From an archaeon (GTDB taxonomy: Archaea > Iainarchaeota > Iainarchaeia > Iainarchaeales > CSSED10-239), in contig DAOOUC010000001.1 in NCBI GenBank assembly GCA_035390665.1, forward strand, positions 108,634-140,633: 32,000 nucleotides of DNA, given 5' to 3'. The position numbers were made by a program, and so were the translations under genes. Of this stretch, positions 18,815 to 28,310 are shown piece by piece. Numbering within the stretch: the first letter of the stretch is position 1; the number at the start of each line of letters is the position of its first letter. The notes beneath the pieces are model-generated. The model was given only the letters and a program-made list of their open reading frames with translations, was not told the origin of the DNA and did no database searches.

Positions 18815-19600
18815 ATGGCGAAAAAAATTATGGGCAAATTTTCAAGAATAAAAAAAATATTTAAAAAAAAAGAAAAAGTTGAAAAGAAACCAGTTGTTGA
18901 TAAAATAATAGAAGAACACAAAGAATCAAGCAAGGTATTAAAAGCAATTAATTCAAGATTTAAAGAAGAATTACAGTCTGCTAATGCCCTAAACATATTT
19001 GATGAATTATTGGACTATTCTCAATCAATTGTAGATTCTAGAGAATTTAATTCAAAACGTTTTTTAGAATGTTTTAGAAATAGAGATGGAAGAGTTCTTA
19101 AAAAAACACCACATTATATTTTACAATATCTTAGAAGTCCAACACAGAAAGGTATTGATTTATCTTTAACTTTGATAACTACAAGAGGGGCTAGTAATTA
19201 TTTAGTTAGATTAGTGTCTTTGGAATCAGCAAAGGAAAATGCAATACGAGAAAGTTCTATTGTCAAAAAAAAATACGCTTTGCTTTTGGAACAACTAGGA
19301 GTAAAAACAATTAAAGCAGAATTTAGTTTATTCGACCCAATAAAAAAAATTGATTTGTCAGTTTATCCTAATTTTGAAATAAGAGAGGCCGCAATTCCAA
19401 CAGATTCTGAAAAACAAAGATTTATTGATAGTATAGACCAAAGATATAAACAATTAATAAAGAAAAAAACAGAACTTAAGGATACCCAATTAGTTGATCT
19501 TTCCGTGATTGGCACAACCCCCTTACCAATATATAAAATTACTAAAGACTCTTCAAGATATAAAGAAGGAGAATTAGTAGTGGATACGAGAGTGAATTAA
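18815..19600 (+). CDS. Hypothetical protein between the NFACT-R and Cdc48 genes
   Basis: 261 aa with a very basic N-terminus (KKIMGKFSRIKKIFKKKEKVEKK); no family recognised; abuts both neighbours. Confidence 0.7.
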   Translation: MAKKIMGKFSRIKKIFKKKEKVEKKPVVDKIIEEHKESSKVLKAINSRFKEELQSANALNIFDELLDYSQSIVDSREFNSKRFLECFRNRDGRVLKKTPHYILQYLRSPTQKGIDLSLTLITTRGASNYLVRLVSLESAKENAIRESSIVKKKYALLLEQLGVKTIKAEFSLFDPIKKIDLSVYPNFEIREAAIPTDSEKQRFIDSIDQRYKQLIKKKTELKDTQLVDLSVIGTTPLPIYKITKDSSRYKEGELVVDTRVN

Positions 19601-19601
19601 A

Positions 19602-21728
19602 ATGATAAAATTAAAAGTCTTAGAAGCAAATGAAGAATATGTAGGGAAAGGAGTAGTTACTTTAAGTACTTCCATAAAACAAAAACTAGGGCTTGTTTCT
19701 GGAGACACAATAGAAATAAATGGAAATAAAATTACCGTTGCAAATGTTTGGCCAGAAAAAGAAATTACAGAAGAAGAAACAATAAGAATGGATCAATTCA
19801 TAAGACAAAATGCAGGAGTAACAATTGGAGAATATGTTACAATCAATAAAATAAATCCAGTTGTTGCAAAAAAAATTATACTTTCTCCAAATACAGAACT
19901 TACAATTTTTTCAGCAAATTATGATTTAATCATAAAGAAAGCATTAACTGGAAGAGCTTTTAGAGAAGCAGATAGTGTTGTTGTTGGGGTTTTTGGAACA
20001 AGTGTTATTTTTACAGTCCACTCTACTGAGCCAAAAGAAAGTGTTTTACTTTCAGAAGAAACAGAATTTATAGTTAGTGAAAAACCATTATCTAGAATTA
20101 CTAAAAAGCAGATTCTTGGATATGAAGATATTGGCGGATTAAAAAAAGAATTAGAGATAATAAGAGAGATGGTTGAACTTCCAATAAAGTATCCGGAATA
20201 TTTTAATCAATTAAATATTTCTCCACCAAAAGGAATACTTCTTTATGGGCCACCAGGAACCGGAAAAACTTTACTTGCAAAAGCAATTTCTGCAGAACTA
20301 AAAGCAAAATTCTTTTCTGTTGATGCCCCGCAAATTATGACTAAATATGTTGGCGAAGCAGAAGAAAAGATAAGAAATATTTTTTCAGCAGCGCAAAAAA
20401 ATTCTCCTGCTGTAATTTTTATTGACGAAATAGATGCAATTGCTTCTAAAAGAGAAACAATGGTAAATGATGTTGAGAAAAGAGTTGTTGCTCAACTTCT
20501 GTCTTGTATGGATGGAATTGGAGACAGAGGCGAAGTTGTAGTAATTGGTGCAACAAACAGACAAGCAGATATTGATTCAGCATTAAGAAGACCAGGGAGA
20601 TTTGACAAAGAAATTGAAATCAGCGTACCAAATCAAAAAGCAAGAGAAGAAATTTTAAAAATTCACACACGAAATGTACCATTAAACAAAGATGTGTCAT
20701 TAAAAGAGATTTCAGAAATAACACACGGATATGTAGGTGCAGATCTTTCAGCTCTTGTAAAAGAAGCAGGAATTTCTGCAATTAAGAATTCAATTAAAGA
20801 GACTAATCCAAATTCAGAAGATAATAAAGCACTAGAGAATTTAAAAATAAAAAAGCAAGACTTTACCTATGCTTTAAGTGTTGTTCAGCCATCAGCTTTA
20901 AGAGAAGTTTTTGTAGAAACACCAACAATTAATCTTAAAGATATTGGAGCATTACATGAACAAAAAGAAATTTTTAAAGACATGATAGAATTAACAATTA
21001 ACAAAAAAGAAATTGTAGAAAAAATGAACTTAAGGATTCCAAGAAGTGTTCTGTTATATGGTCCTCCAGGAACAGGAAAAACAATTTTTGTTAAAGCTTG
21101 TGCTAAAGAATACGGTTTAAATTTTATTTATGTAAAAGGGCCAGAAATTTTAAATAAATGGGTGGGGCAATCAGAAAAGACAATAAGAGACATTTTTAAA
21201 AAAGCAAGAGAGGTTAGTCCTGCAATTATTTTCTTTGATGAGATTGATTCTTTGACCAGTGAAAAAAATTTTGAGAATAATCAACCAAGAGTGCTTGATC
21301 AATTATTGACTGAACTTGATAATCTAAATAAAGATATAATTTTTGTATCTGCAACAAATAGGCCAGACTTAATCGATAACTCTCTTCTAAGAAGTGGAAG
21401 GATTGATAAAATTATAGAATTTAATGTTCCAAATAAAGATGAAAGAAAAGAAATTCTTAATTTAATTCTAATTAATATTCCAAAAAAAGAACTAGATATT
21501 GATGAAATTGTAGAACTTACAGAGAATTATTCTGGAGCAGACTTAAATCTTTTAATAACAGATGCAACTCTGCTTTCTTTAAAAGAAAAAAATTATAAAG
21601 AAACAAAATTAACACAAGAGCACATCATTAAAACATTAAAGAAAATAAAACCAACAATATCAAAAGAGCAATTAAATTATTATGAAGAGTTTAAACAAAC
21701 AAATAAGATTTTAACATATATACAATAG
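19602..21728 (+). CDS. cdc48: Cdc48/VCP-like double AAA+ ATPase
   Basis: 708 aa; CDC48 N-domain ([20 protein letters not shown]), D1 [22 protein letters not shown]2 [20 protein letters not shown], Walker [11 protein letters not shown] / [10 protein letters not shown]. Confidence 0.93.
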   Translation: MIKLKVLEANEEYVGKGVVTLSTSIKQKLGLVSGDTIEINGNKITVANVWPEKEITEEETIRMDQFIRQNAGVTIGEYVTINKINPVVAKKIILSPNTELTIFSANYDLIIKKALTGRAFREADSVVVGVFGTSVIFTVHSTEPKESVLLSEETEFIVSEKPLSRITKKQILGYEDIGGLKKELEIIREMVELPIKYPEYFNQLNISPPKGILLYGPPGTGKTLLAKAISAELKAKFFSVDAPQIMTKYVGEAEEKIRNIFSAAQKNSPAVIFIDEIDAIASKRETMVNDVEKRVVAQLLSCMDGIGDRGEVVVIGATNRQADIDSALRRPGRFDKEIEISVPNQKAREEILKIHTRNVPLNKDVSLKEISEITHGYVGADLSALVKEAGISAIKNSIKETNPNSEDNKALENLKIKKQDFTYALSVVQPSALREVFVETPTINLKDIGALHEQKEIFKDMIELTINKKEIVEKMNLRIPRSVLLYGPPGTGKTIFVKACAKEYGLNFIYVKGPEILNKWVGQSEKTIRDIFKKAREVSPAIIFFDEIDSLTSEKNFENNQPRVLDQLLTELDNLNKDIIFVSATNRPDLIDNSLLRSGRIDKIIEFNVPNKDERKEILNLILINIPKKELDIDEIVELTENYSGADLNLLITDATLLSLKEKNYKETKLTQEHIIKTLKKIKPTISKEQLNYYEEFKQTNKILTYIQ

Positions 21729-21738
21729 AGGAAAAAAT

Positions 21739-21825
21739 ATGGGTGCAACACCAAAAACAAATTTTAGAAGAATAAAACAAAGGCCAATTCTAAAGGCCCC
21801 AAAAATAAAGAAGAAAAAAAGTTAA
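21739..21825 (+). CDS. Candidate 28-aa highly basic small protein
   Basis: ATG...TAA encoding MGATPKTNFRRIKQRPILKAPKIKKKKS, preceded by GAGGAAAAAAT 10 bp after the cdc48 stop. Confidence 0.35.
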   Translation: MGATPKTNFRRIKQRPILKAPKIKKKKS

Positions 21826-22445
21826 AAGAATCCAAGTACAAACATAAAGAATATTGGTATAGCAATTAATATACCCCAAACTAAAGGATTCCATCTAATT
21901 ATTTTTGCACCATCAAGTGGTCCAAATGGAATAAGATTAAAAAATGCAATCCATAAGTTAATCATTAATCCATAACTAACAACTAACATTGGTGCACCAA
22001 TGATAGCGGCAATAAAAAATAAAAGAGCCATTACTAAATTTGTTACTGGCCCAGCCATAGAGGTTATTCCATCTTCTTTAATGCTGTGCGATTTTCCATA
22101 AATATAAACTGCCCCGGGAGCAATAAAAATTACGCCTAAAAGCCCAGCAAGTGCAATACCAAAAATTAAAAAAGGAAGCCACATTACAAATCTAGCTTGT
22201 GCTCCAAAATGGATTCCTGTGTATTTGTGTGCCATTTCGTGAGCAATAAATGAAGTGGCAGTAATTATAAGACTTAATCCGAAGTTTGTTAAAAATCCAC
22301 TCCAGGTAAAAACAAAATTTTTGGTTACATAATCCAAAAGACTATAATTTCCAATAACTATTGCAAAGCAAAAAGAAATTGCTATCCAAGCAATAAATAA
22401 ATCATAAATTTCTGAGTTTTTTTTAATCATAATAATGCCTCTCAA
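21822..22445 (-). CDS. M50-family site-2-protease-like membrane metalloprotease
   Basis: 207 aa multi-TM; SFIAHEMAHKYTGIHFGA (HExxH) and FFNLIPFGPLDGAKI (NPxDG-like). Confidence 0.87.
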   Translation of the reverse strand: MRGIIMIKKNSEIYDLFIAWIAISFCFAIVIGNYSLLDYVTKNFVFTWSGFLTNFGLSLIITATSFIAHEMAHKYTGIHFGAQARFVMWLPFLIFGIALAGLLGVIFIAPGAVYIYGKSHSIKEDGITSMAGPVTNLVMALLFFIAAIIGAPMLVVSYGLMINLWIAFFNLIPFGPLDGAKIIRWNPLVWGILIAIPIFFMFVLGFF

Positions 22446-23188
22446 ATATTAATGTTAGGAAACAATTTTAAAAAGTTGGTTTGAATTATTTCTTTTAGTT
22501 CATTTAATTCAATTTTATACTCTGCAGAAAATATTTCATAAGATTTTTTAATGTCTGAAATTAAAAGTGGTTTTCCATCATAAGAAATAGGGTAATCTGT
22601 TTCTATAAATATTTGATCTAAATGTTCTTTTATGTTTAAAATATTTGGTTTAGAAAATCTAGAAGTAAGATAATATCCTCTGTCAAGTGCAGTATTTATT
22701 TCTTCATCTGTACCAGAATACCAATGTAGTATTATCTTTTTATGGTTAGTTGTAGATAAGATATCTAATATTTTTTTGGTTGCATATCTTGTATGAATGA
22801 CTATTGGATAATTAAGTTTTTCTGCTAATTCTAATTGTTTTTCAAAAACAATTTGTTGCTCTTTTCTTATAGATTGATCTTTTGTAATCTTGTAATCAAT
22901 TCCAACTTCGCCAATTGCAATTGCATTTTTAAAATTGATTTTTTTAATTTGATTTAGGCATTCTTCTAAGCTATTTTTTAAGATAACATCAGGATATAGG
23001 CCATAAGCGAAATAAAGTCCAAGAATGTTCTCTTGTCTTATTTTTTCCAGTTTTTCAACACTTTCTAAAGAGACAGCAGCAGTTAAAGATATTTGCTCTT
23101 TGCTATTAAATTGTTTTTTTAATTCTAAAATAGATAAATCATCATAATGACAATGCATATCTATGAATTTAAAATCTTTATTGTCCAT
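22442..23188 (-). CDS. tatD: TatD-family metal-dependent hydrolase
   Basis: FIDMHCHYDD, AIGEVGIDYKIT, PIVIHTRYATK, ILHWYSGT, IFIETDYPIS. Confidence 0.87.
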   Translation of the reverse strand: MDNKDFKFIDMHCHYDDLSILELKKQFNSKEQISLTAAVSLESVEKLEKIRQENILGLYFAYGLYPDVILKNSLEECLNQIKKINFKNAIAIGEVGIDYKITKDQSIRKEQQIVFEKQLELAEKLNYPIVIHTRYATKKILDILSTTNHKKIILHWYSGTDEEINTALDRGYYLTSRFSKPNILNIKEHLDQIFIETDYPISYDGKPLLISDIKKSYEIFSAEYKIELNELKEIIQTNFLKLFPNINI

Positions 23189-23197
23189 AAATATTAT

Positions 23198-23836
23198 ATG
23201 CCTACACTTAATTTTAAAGAGTATAGTTTGGATATCCCTGCAAGGGTTTATCTTCCAAGCGATGACACGGATTTGTTATTGGAAATTATTGATGAAAAAA
23301 TAATTAAAACCAATAAAAAATACAATAAAGCAATAGAAATTGGAAGTGGAAATGCATTTTTATCTTTAGCAATCTATGATAATGTTAATGAATTATATTC
23401 TACAGATATTAATCCAATAGTAGTAGATTATTTATTAAATGTAAAAGAGAGATACAATTTAGAAAAAATGAAAATCATTTATTCAAATCTGTTTGAATCT
23501 ATTGATGAAAATGAAAAATTCGATTTGATTGTTTTTAATCCGCCATATGTACCAACAGAAGAATTAAGTGAAGATGAAGATTTAGATGAAATAAATGGTT
23601 ATGATTTGGCAGTAAATGGAGGGCAAGACGGCAGAGAAATTATTGATAAATTTTTAGATAAATTGCCTTTACATTTATCTGAAAAAGGAGAGTGCTATCT
23701 TTTGATTTCTTCTTTAAATAAGCCAATAGAAATTATTGAAAACCTTAAACAGAAAAATCTAAATTCAGAAATAATTGGCACAAAAAAATTATTTTTTGAA
23801 GAATTATTTGTATTAAAAATAAATTGGAAAATTTAG
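23198..23836 (+). CDS. HemK2/PrmC-like class I methyltransferase
   Basis: AIEIGSGNAFLSLAI, LYSTDINPIVVDYLL, FDLIVFNPPYVPTEE (NPPY), VNGGQDGREIIDKFLD; ATG at 23198 preferred. Confidence 0.85.
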   Translation: MPTLNFKEYSLDIPARVYLPSDDTDLLLEIIDEKIIKTNKKYNKAIEIGSGNAFLSLAIYDNVNELYSTDINPIVVDYLLNVKERYNLEKMKIIYSNLFESIDENEKFDLIVFNPPYVPTEELSEDEDLDEINGYDLAVNGGQDGREIIDKFLDKLPLHLSEKGECYLLISSLNKPIEIIENLKQKNLNSEIIGTKKLFFEELFVLKINWKI

Positions 23837-23838
23837 TT

Positions 23839-24945
23839 ATGCCAGCAAATGTAACCTACGAGTATATTGCAGCTCAAAAGAAATACGATGAAGCAAGAAC
23901 AGATGAAGAAAAATTAATTGCTCTTCAAGGTATGCTATCGGCAGCTCCAACACACAAAGGCTCTGAAAATCTAAGAAAAGACATAAGTAAGAGAATATCA
24001 GAATTAAAAAACAAAATGGAGAAAAAAGCCGCCCAACAAAAAAAAACAGGAAATGCAATTAATATTAAAAAAGAAGGGGCTGGCCAAGTAGTTATTATTG
24101 GTCAAGCAAATTCAGGTAAAAGTACATTTTTAGCAAAATTTACAAATGCAAAACCAACCATTGCTCCATACCCATACACCACAACAAAACCAGAAGTAGG
24201 GGTTCTAAATTATGGTGGTGCTTTAATACAATTAGTAGAAGTACCGTCTTTTATGGAATCAAAAGAATTGGCTAATCAAATATTTTCTATTATTAGATGT
24301 GCAGATGCTGTTATTTTTGCTATTCCAAACAATTCAAAAGAGCAATTAGATCAATTAATTAATCTTTTAGAATCTCAAGACATATATATCACAAAGAAAA
24401 GACCAAATGTAGAATTTACTAAAAGTCAATATCCTGGAATTACTTTTATTAATGAGCAAAATTTACTTGTCCCAAAAGATCAAGCCGTTGCACTTTTAAG
24501 AGATGCGGGATTTAGAAGCCACACAGTAATTCTTGGACAAAAATTAGATTTAAATGCTCTTTTACTTTTAATGAACCCAAGAGCAGTTTATCATAGTGCA
24601 ATTGCGGTTTTTATGCCAATACAAAAAGAATATAAATTGCCTGAAGAATATAAAAATATTAAATTATTCAATATAAGTCAAGAAACAGAAATAACTGAAA
24701 TTATTTTTAAAATGGTAAATAAAATCATTGTTTATACAAAAAAACCAGGACAGAAGGCAGATCTATCTGATCCGTTGGTTTTAGAAAAAGGGACGACAGT
24801 TACAGAAGCAGCAAAGCAAATACACAAAACAATTTCTAAAGATTTAAAGTCTGCAAAAGTGTGGGGGAGTACAAGATTTCCTGGCCAAAATGTTTCTAAA
24901 AATTATGTTCTTAAAGATAAAGATATAGTAGAATTTGTTGCTTAA
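23839..24945 (+). CDS. Obg/DRG-like GTPase with C-terminal TGS domain
   Basis: VVIIGQANSGKSTFLAKFTNAKPTIAPYPYTTTKPEVG (P-loop); C-terminal DPLVLEKGTTVTEAAKQIHKTI...VLKDKDIVEFVA (TGS). Confidence 0.86.
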   Translation: MPANVTYEYIAAQKKYDEARTDEEKLIALQGMLSAAPTHKGSENLRKDISKRISELKNKMEKKAAQQKKTGNAINIKKEGAGQVVIIGQANSGKSTFLAKFTNAKPTIAPYPYTTTKPEVGVLNYGGALIQLVEVPSFMESKELANQIFSIIRCADAVIFAIPNNSKEQLDQLINLLESQDIYITKKRPNVEFTKSQYPGITFINEQNLLVPKDQAVALLRDAGFRSHTVILGQKLDLNALLLLMNPRAVYHSAIAVFMPIQKEYKLPEEYKNIKLFNISQETEITEIIFKMVNKIIVYTKKPGQKADLSDPLVLEKGTTVTEAAKQIHKTISKDLKSAKVWGSTRFPGQNVSKNYVLKDKDIVEFVA

Positions 24946-25025
24946 TTATTTTACATAAAAAACAACATTTAAAAATCATATCTTTATATATTATTTTAGA
25001 AAAATATATTTATAACTCTAAAAAT

Positions 25026-25910
25026 ATGAAAGAAGAACAAAATAAACAAGAAAGCAAGAAAGATGCTTTCGAAGAAAAATTGTATACTTTATTCTTGCCA
25101 TTAACAGAAAAGATAGAAATGAAAGAACTTGAAGAAAAGTTAAGGCAAGCAGATAGTCCAGATGAATTGGATTATTATTTATCTAAGCATTTGTTTTTTG
25201 CTGTATTTGTACCTTTATTATTTTTACTGTGCGGTTCTTTTATATTTATTTTTTTAGATCTGCCACAATATTTACCTAATTTTTTTATTTTTTGTTTTTT
25301 TTCAGTGTTTGCAATAATTATTTATGCAATAATTAATCCTTATCTTCAAGTTGGTTCAAAGACATCCAATATAAAAAATAGTTTGTCTCTTGCAATCTTA
25401 AGTATGTCAAGTATTGCAGAATCTGGTGCACCTCCAGAAACAATGTTTCACACAAGTGCAATAAAATCAGAAACCCCGTATTTAAGTAAAGAATTTGAAA
25501 AATTAAATGGATATTTAGCATTAGGATATTCTTTACCTCAAGCAATAGATCATTTGTGTACAAGCACACCATCTCCAGAATTAAAAAAATTCTTATTAGA
25601 ATTAAAATCCAGTTTAGAATCTGGTGGTTCTTTACCTGAATTTATGAAAAAAAAGGCAGAGCATGCTCAGTTCACTTATAAATTAATGCTTGATGGGATG
25701 AATAAAAGAGCAGAAACTTTTGGAGATATTTATTCTGCAATAGTTATTGCTGGTCCACTATTCCTATTTTCTTCAATTATGCTTTTAGGTATGATTGGGG
25801 GTGGCGGATTTGGAGGAATGAGTATTGAAACTTTGATGGTTATTGGGGTATTTGGGCTTGTTCCATTAATTAATATTTTTTTTATAATAATTTTACAATT
25901 CGTATCATAA
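25026..25910 (+). CDS. Type II secretion F-domain pilus assembly membrane protein (TadB/FlaJ N-half-like)
   Basis: 294 aa; SLSLAILSMSSIAESGAPPETMFHTSA...LNGYLALGYSLPQAIDHL...LKSSLESGGSLPEFMKKKAE plus TM segments. Confidence 0.75.
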   Translation: MKEEQNKQESKKDAFEEKLYTLFLPLTEKIEMKELEEKLRQADSPDELDYYLSKHLFFAVFVPLLFLLCGSFIFIFLDLPQYLPNFFIFCFFSVFAIIIYAIINPYLQVGSKTSNIKNSLSLAILSMSSIAESGAPPETMFHTSAIKSETPYLSKEFEKLNGYLALGYSLPQAIDHLCTSTPSPELKKFLLELKSSLESGGSLPEFMKKKAEHAQFTYKLMLDGMNKRAETFGDIYSAIVIAGPLFLFSSIMLLGMIGGGGFGGMSIETLMVIGVFGLVPLINIFFIIILQFVS

Positions 25911-26738
25911 ATGAAAATAAATCCAAGATTAGCATTTCTGCTAGATTATGCAGCAAAAGGAGCGATTGGTTCACTTATACTTGGAATATTTTTAATTAGA
26001 ACAAAATTGATGATCTTTACAATTTTTCCAGTAATTTTAGCAGTAGGATTAGCATCTATAATTTACACAAAAAAAATAAGGTCATTAGAGACCAACCTTT
26101 TTGTTTTTCTTGATGATCTAAAAGATTTATTGCAAGGTGGAATGAATATAGTTACAGCAATGGAAATTATAGCAGATCATGATTATGGGGCATTAAACGA
26201 ATACACTAAAAGAATTGCTGCACAATTAAAAATAGGTGTTGCATTTGAAGTAGCATTAATTGAAGTTTTTGGAGAAGTAGATAGTCCATTATTTAGTAAA
26301 ATTGCAAATGTAATTGCTGAAACCATGAAATATGGTGGTAATTTAATTAAAATATTTAGTTCTGTTTCAAATTATGTAAAATTAGTTGATGAAATGGGAG
26401 AAGAAAGAAGATCTAAAACATTTTCAACAGTCTTCTCATCCTATTTTATGTTTTTCATTTTTATTGCAATTATTTTAACTATCCAAATTGTTTTCTTACC
26501 AATGTTAACATCTAGTGATTTAAATGCAGTTGGTGGCGGAACCGGTGGTGCATCATTAGGTGATATTAATTTTAATGCATATTTCTTATATCTTTTAATA
26601 ATACAAGCAGGATTTGCAGGTCCAATAATTGGAAAAATTTCGGAAGGAAATGCGATTGCAGGAATTAAACATTCTATTATACTTTTAGTTATTTCAATTC
26701 CATTATATGTTTTAGTTTCATTGTTTTTTGTTAAGTAA
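25911..26738 (+). CDS. Type II secretion F-domain pilus assembly membrane protein (TadC/FlaJ C-half-like)
   Basis: 275 aa; LFVFLDDLKDLLQGGMNIVTAMEIIADHDYG...KIANVIAETMKYGGNLIKIFSSVSNYV plus TM segments; ATG immediately follows the previous stop. Confidence 0.8.
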   Translation: MKINPRLAFLLDYAAKGAIGSLILGIFLIRTKLMIFTIFPVILAVGLASIIYTKKIRSLETNLFVFLDDLKDLLQGGMNIVTAMEIIADHDYGALNEYTKRIAAQLKIGVAFEVALIEVFGEVDSPLFSKIANVIAETMKYGGNLIKIFSSVSNYVKLVDEMGEERRSKTFSTVFSSYFMFFIFIAIILTIQIVFLPMLTSSDLNAVGGGTGGASLGDINFNAYFLYLLIIQAGFAGPIIGKISEGNAIAGIKHSIILLVISIPLYVLVSLFFVK

Positions 26739-26799
26739 GTAAATAAGTAATATTTATAAATATATATATAATATTAATAATTAGAATAAAGAGATTAAT

Positions 26800-27276
26800 A
26801 TGTTTAAGATAAATACAAATAAAGGTGTTTCTCCATTAATTGCTACAATTTTACTTGTAGCTGTATCTTTATCTCTTGCAGGAATATTATATTCTTGGGC
26901 ATCTCAAAATGCAGGAGATACAGTAAATAGTGTTACAGAAACATCTAAAAAGTGGGATTATTGTAAAGGTATAACCCTAAATATGGAATATGGGTGTAGA
27001 TACGATTCTACAACCGGAATAAGTTTTATACTTTATGATAATTCAACAGTTGATTTTGATGAAAATATTATAATTAATATTATTGATGCTAATAACAATA
27101 TAGGAACAGCAACAGTTACACCAAATTTTCAAGGGCGTGCAATGGTAATTAATAATACAGTATATTCAGAATCTGAGACCCAGCCTCTAACAGATCTTAC
27201 AGAACCATTACAACTTGTTAAAGTATACATGAATGGGTGTCCAGATAGAACAGCACAGACAAGAAGCTGTGATTAA
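26800..27276 (+). CDS. Archaeal type IV pilin (Pilin_N/DUF1628-like)
   Basis: NKGVSPLIATILLVAVSLSLAGILYSWASQN; C-terminal CPDRTAQTRSCD. Confidence 0.87.
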   Translation: MFKINTNKGVSPLIATILLVAVSLSLAGILYSWASQNAGDTVNSVTETSKKWDYCKGITLNMEYGCRYDSTTGISFILYDNSTVDFDENIIINIIDANNNIGTATVTPNFQGRAMVINNTVYSESETQPLTDLTEPLQLVKVYMNGCPDRTAQTRSCD

Positions 27277-27300
27277 TTTTTATAAAAGGAGGAAATTAAA

Positions 27301-27780
27301 ATGAATAAGAAAGCTTTAGAACCATTAATTGCAACAATACTTTTAATCGTTGTTGCAGTAATTTTGGTAACAATAGTTCTTGCATGGGGTAAGAACTTTT
27401 CAACAGAAGGATTAAATAAAACAAATGATGTTTTAAATGATGATTGTGCTGGCGCACAACTTGCAATTTCAGATTGTGAAATAATGAGTGATGGAAATAT
27501 TACATTTCAATTAAAGAATATAGGTCAAAATTATTCTTTTGTTAGTACAGATACATTTAAGATAATGTTATCTCATAATTCTTTAGGTGCAGAAGCCGAA
27601 AAAACATTAACATATGCTGTAGGATCTTTTCCAGGATTAACACCAGGCCAAACAGTTATTGCAAAAGTAGCACCAGTAACTTCAACTTGGACAGATGATG
27701 CAGGAGACGTTATTAATGTAATGGTAAGATCTGGAACATGTCCACAAGCAAGTGTAACAGTTTCAAATTGTCACAGATAA
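27301..27780 (+). CDS. Archaeal type IV pilin
   Basis: KKALEPLIATILLIVVAVILVTIVLAWGKNFSTEGLNKTND; AGGAGG at 27288-27293; C-terminal CPQASVTVSNCHR. Confidence 0.88.
   Translation: MNKKALEPLIATILLIVVAVILVTIVLAWGKNFSTEGLNKTNDVLNDDCAGAQLAISDCEIMSDGNITFQLKNIGQNYSFVSTDTFKIMLSHNSLGAEAEKTLTYAVGSFPGLTPGQTVIAKVAPVTSTWTDDAGDVINVMVRSGTCPQASVTVSNCHR
27316..27435 (+). repeat. Copy 1 of a 120-bp near-identical direct repeat (pilin helix region)
   Basis: ttagaaccattaattgcaacaatactttta...aataaaacaaatgatgtttta; by eye differs from copy 2 only at position 27348 (c/t). Confidence 0.85.
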
Positions 27781-27804
27781 ATAATTTTAGGAGGAGAATA
27801 AAAT

Positions 27805-28278
27805 ATGTTTAAGAAAAAAGGATTAGAACCATTAATTGCAACAATACTTTTAATTGTTGTTGCAGTAATTTTGGTAACAATAGTTCTTGCATGGGGTAAG
27901 AACTTTTCAACAGAAGGATTAAATAAAACAAATGATGTTTTATCAGATGATTGTTCAGCAGCAACAATAAATGTTTCAAATTGTGATTATAATGCAGCAG
28001 CAGGAACAAATGGAACAATTAGTTTCTTGTTAAAAAATACAAGTAGTACCTACTCTTTTGTTGCAGATGATTTTACTGCAAACTATATAGATGACGTAAA
28101 TTCATTAAATAGTGAAATGAGTTCCGTTTTTACTACAACACCAGGCGCAATAACACCAGGCGCAACAGTAATTGTTGCAGATACAGGTGTAAATATTACA
28201 GACACAACAAGAGTAAAAATGCAAGTAAGATCAAAAACCTGTCCAGGTATAGCTTTTACTGAAGTAACCTGTTCATAA
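27805..28278 (+). CDS. Archaeal type IV pilin, paralog of the 27301 gene
   Basis: KKGLEPLIATILLIVVAVILVTIVLAWGKNFSTEGLNKTND; AGGAGG at 27789-27794; C-terminal CPGIAFTEVTCS. Confidence 0.88.
   Translation: MFKKKGLEPLIATILLIVVAVILVTIVLAWGKNFSTEGLNKTNDVLSDDCSAATINVSNCDYNAAAGTNGTISFLLKNTSSTYSFVADDFTANYIDDVNSLNSEMSSVFTTTPGAITPGATVIVADTGVNITDTTRVKMQVRSKTCPGIAFTEVTCS
27823..27942 (+). repeat. Copy 2 of the 120-bp near-identical direct repeat
   Basis: Aligned by eye to 27316-27435 with one mismatch. Confidence 0.85.
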
Positions 28279-28310
28279 ATGGAAATAAAAAAGAAGAAAA
28301 TTGGATAATT

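Noticed and set aside
25026-26738. Frameshifted single FlaJ gene
   Set aside because: Both ORFs have proper starts and complete-looking T2SF halves, and the stop/start junction is clean, so a genuine two-gene TadB/TadC-like arrangement is more likely.
27809-28018. 69-aa minus-strand ORF opposite a pilin
   Set aside because: Leu-rich low-complexity antisense of the pilin coding sequence.
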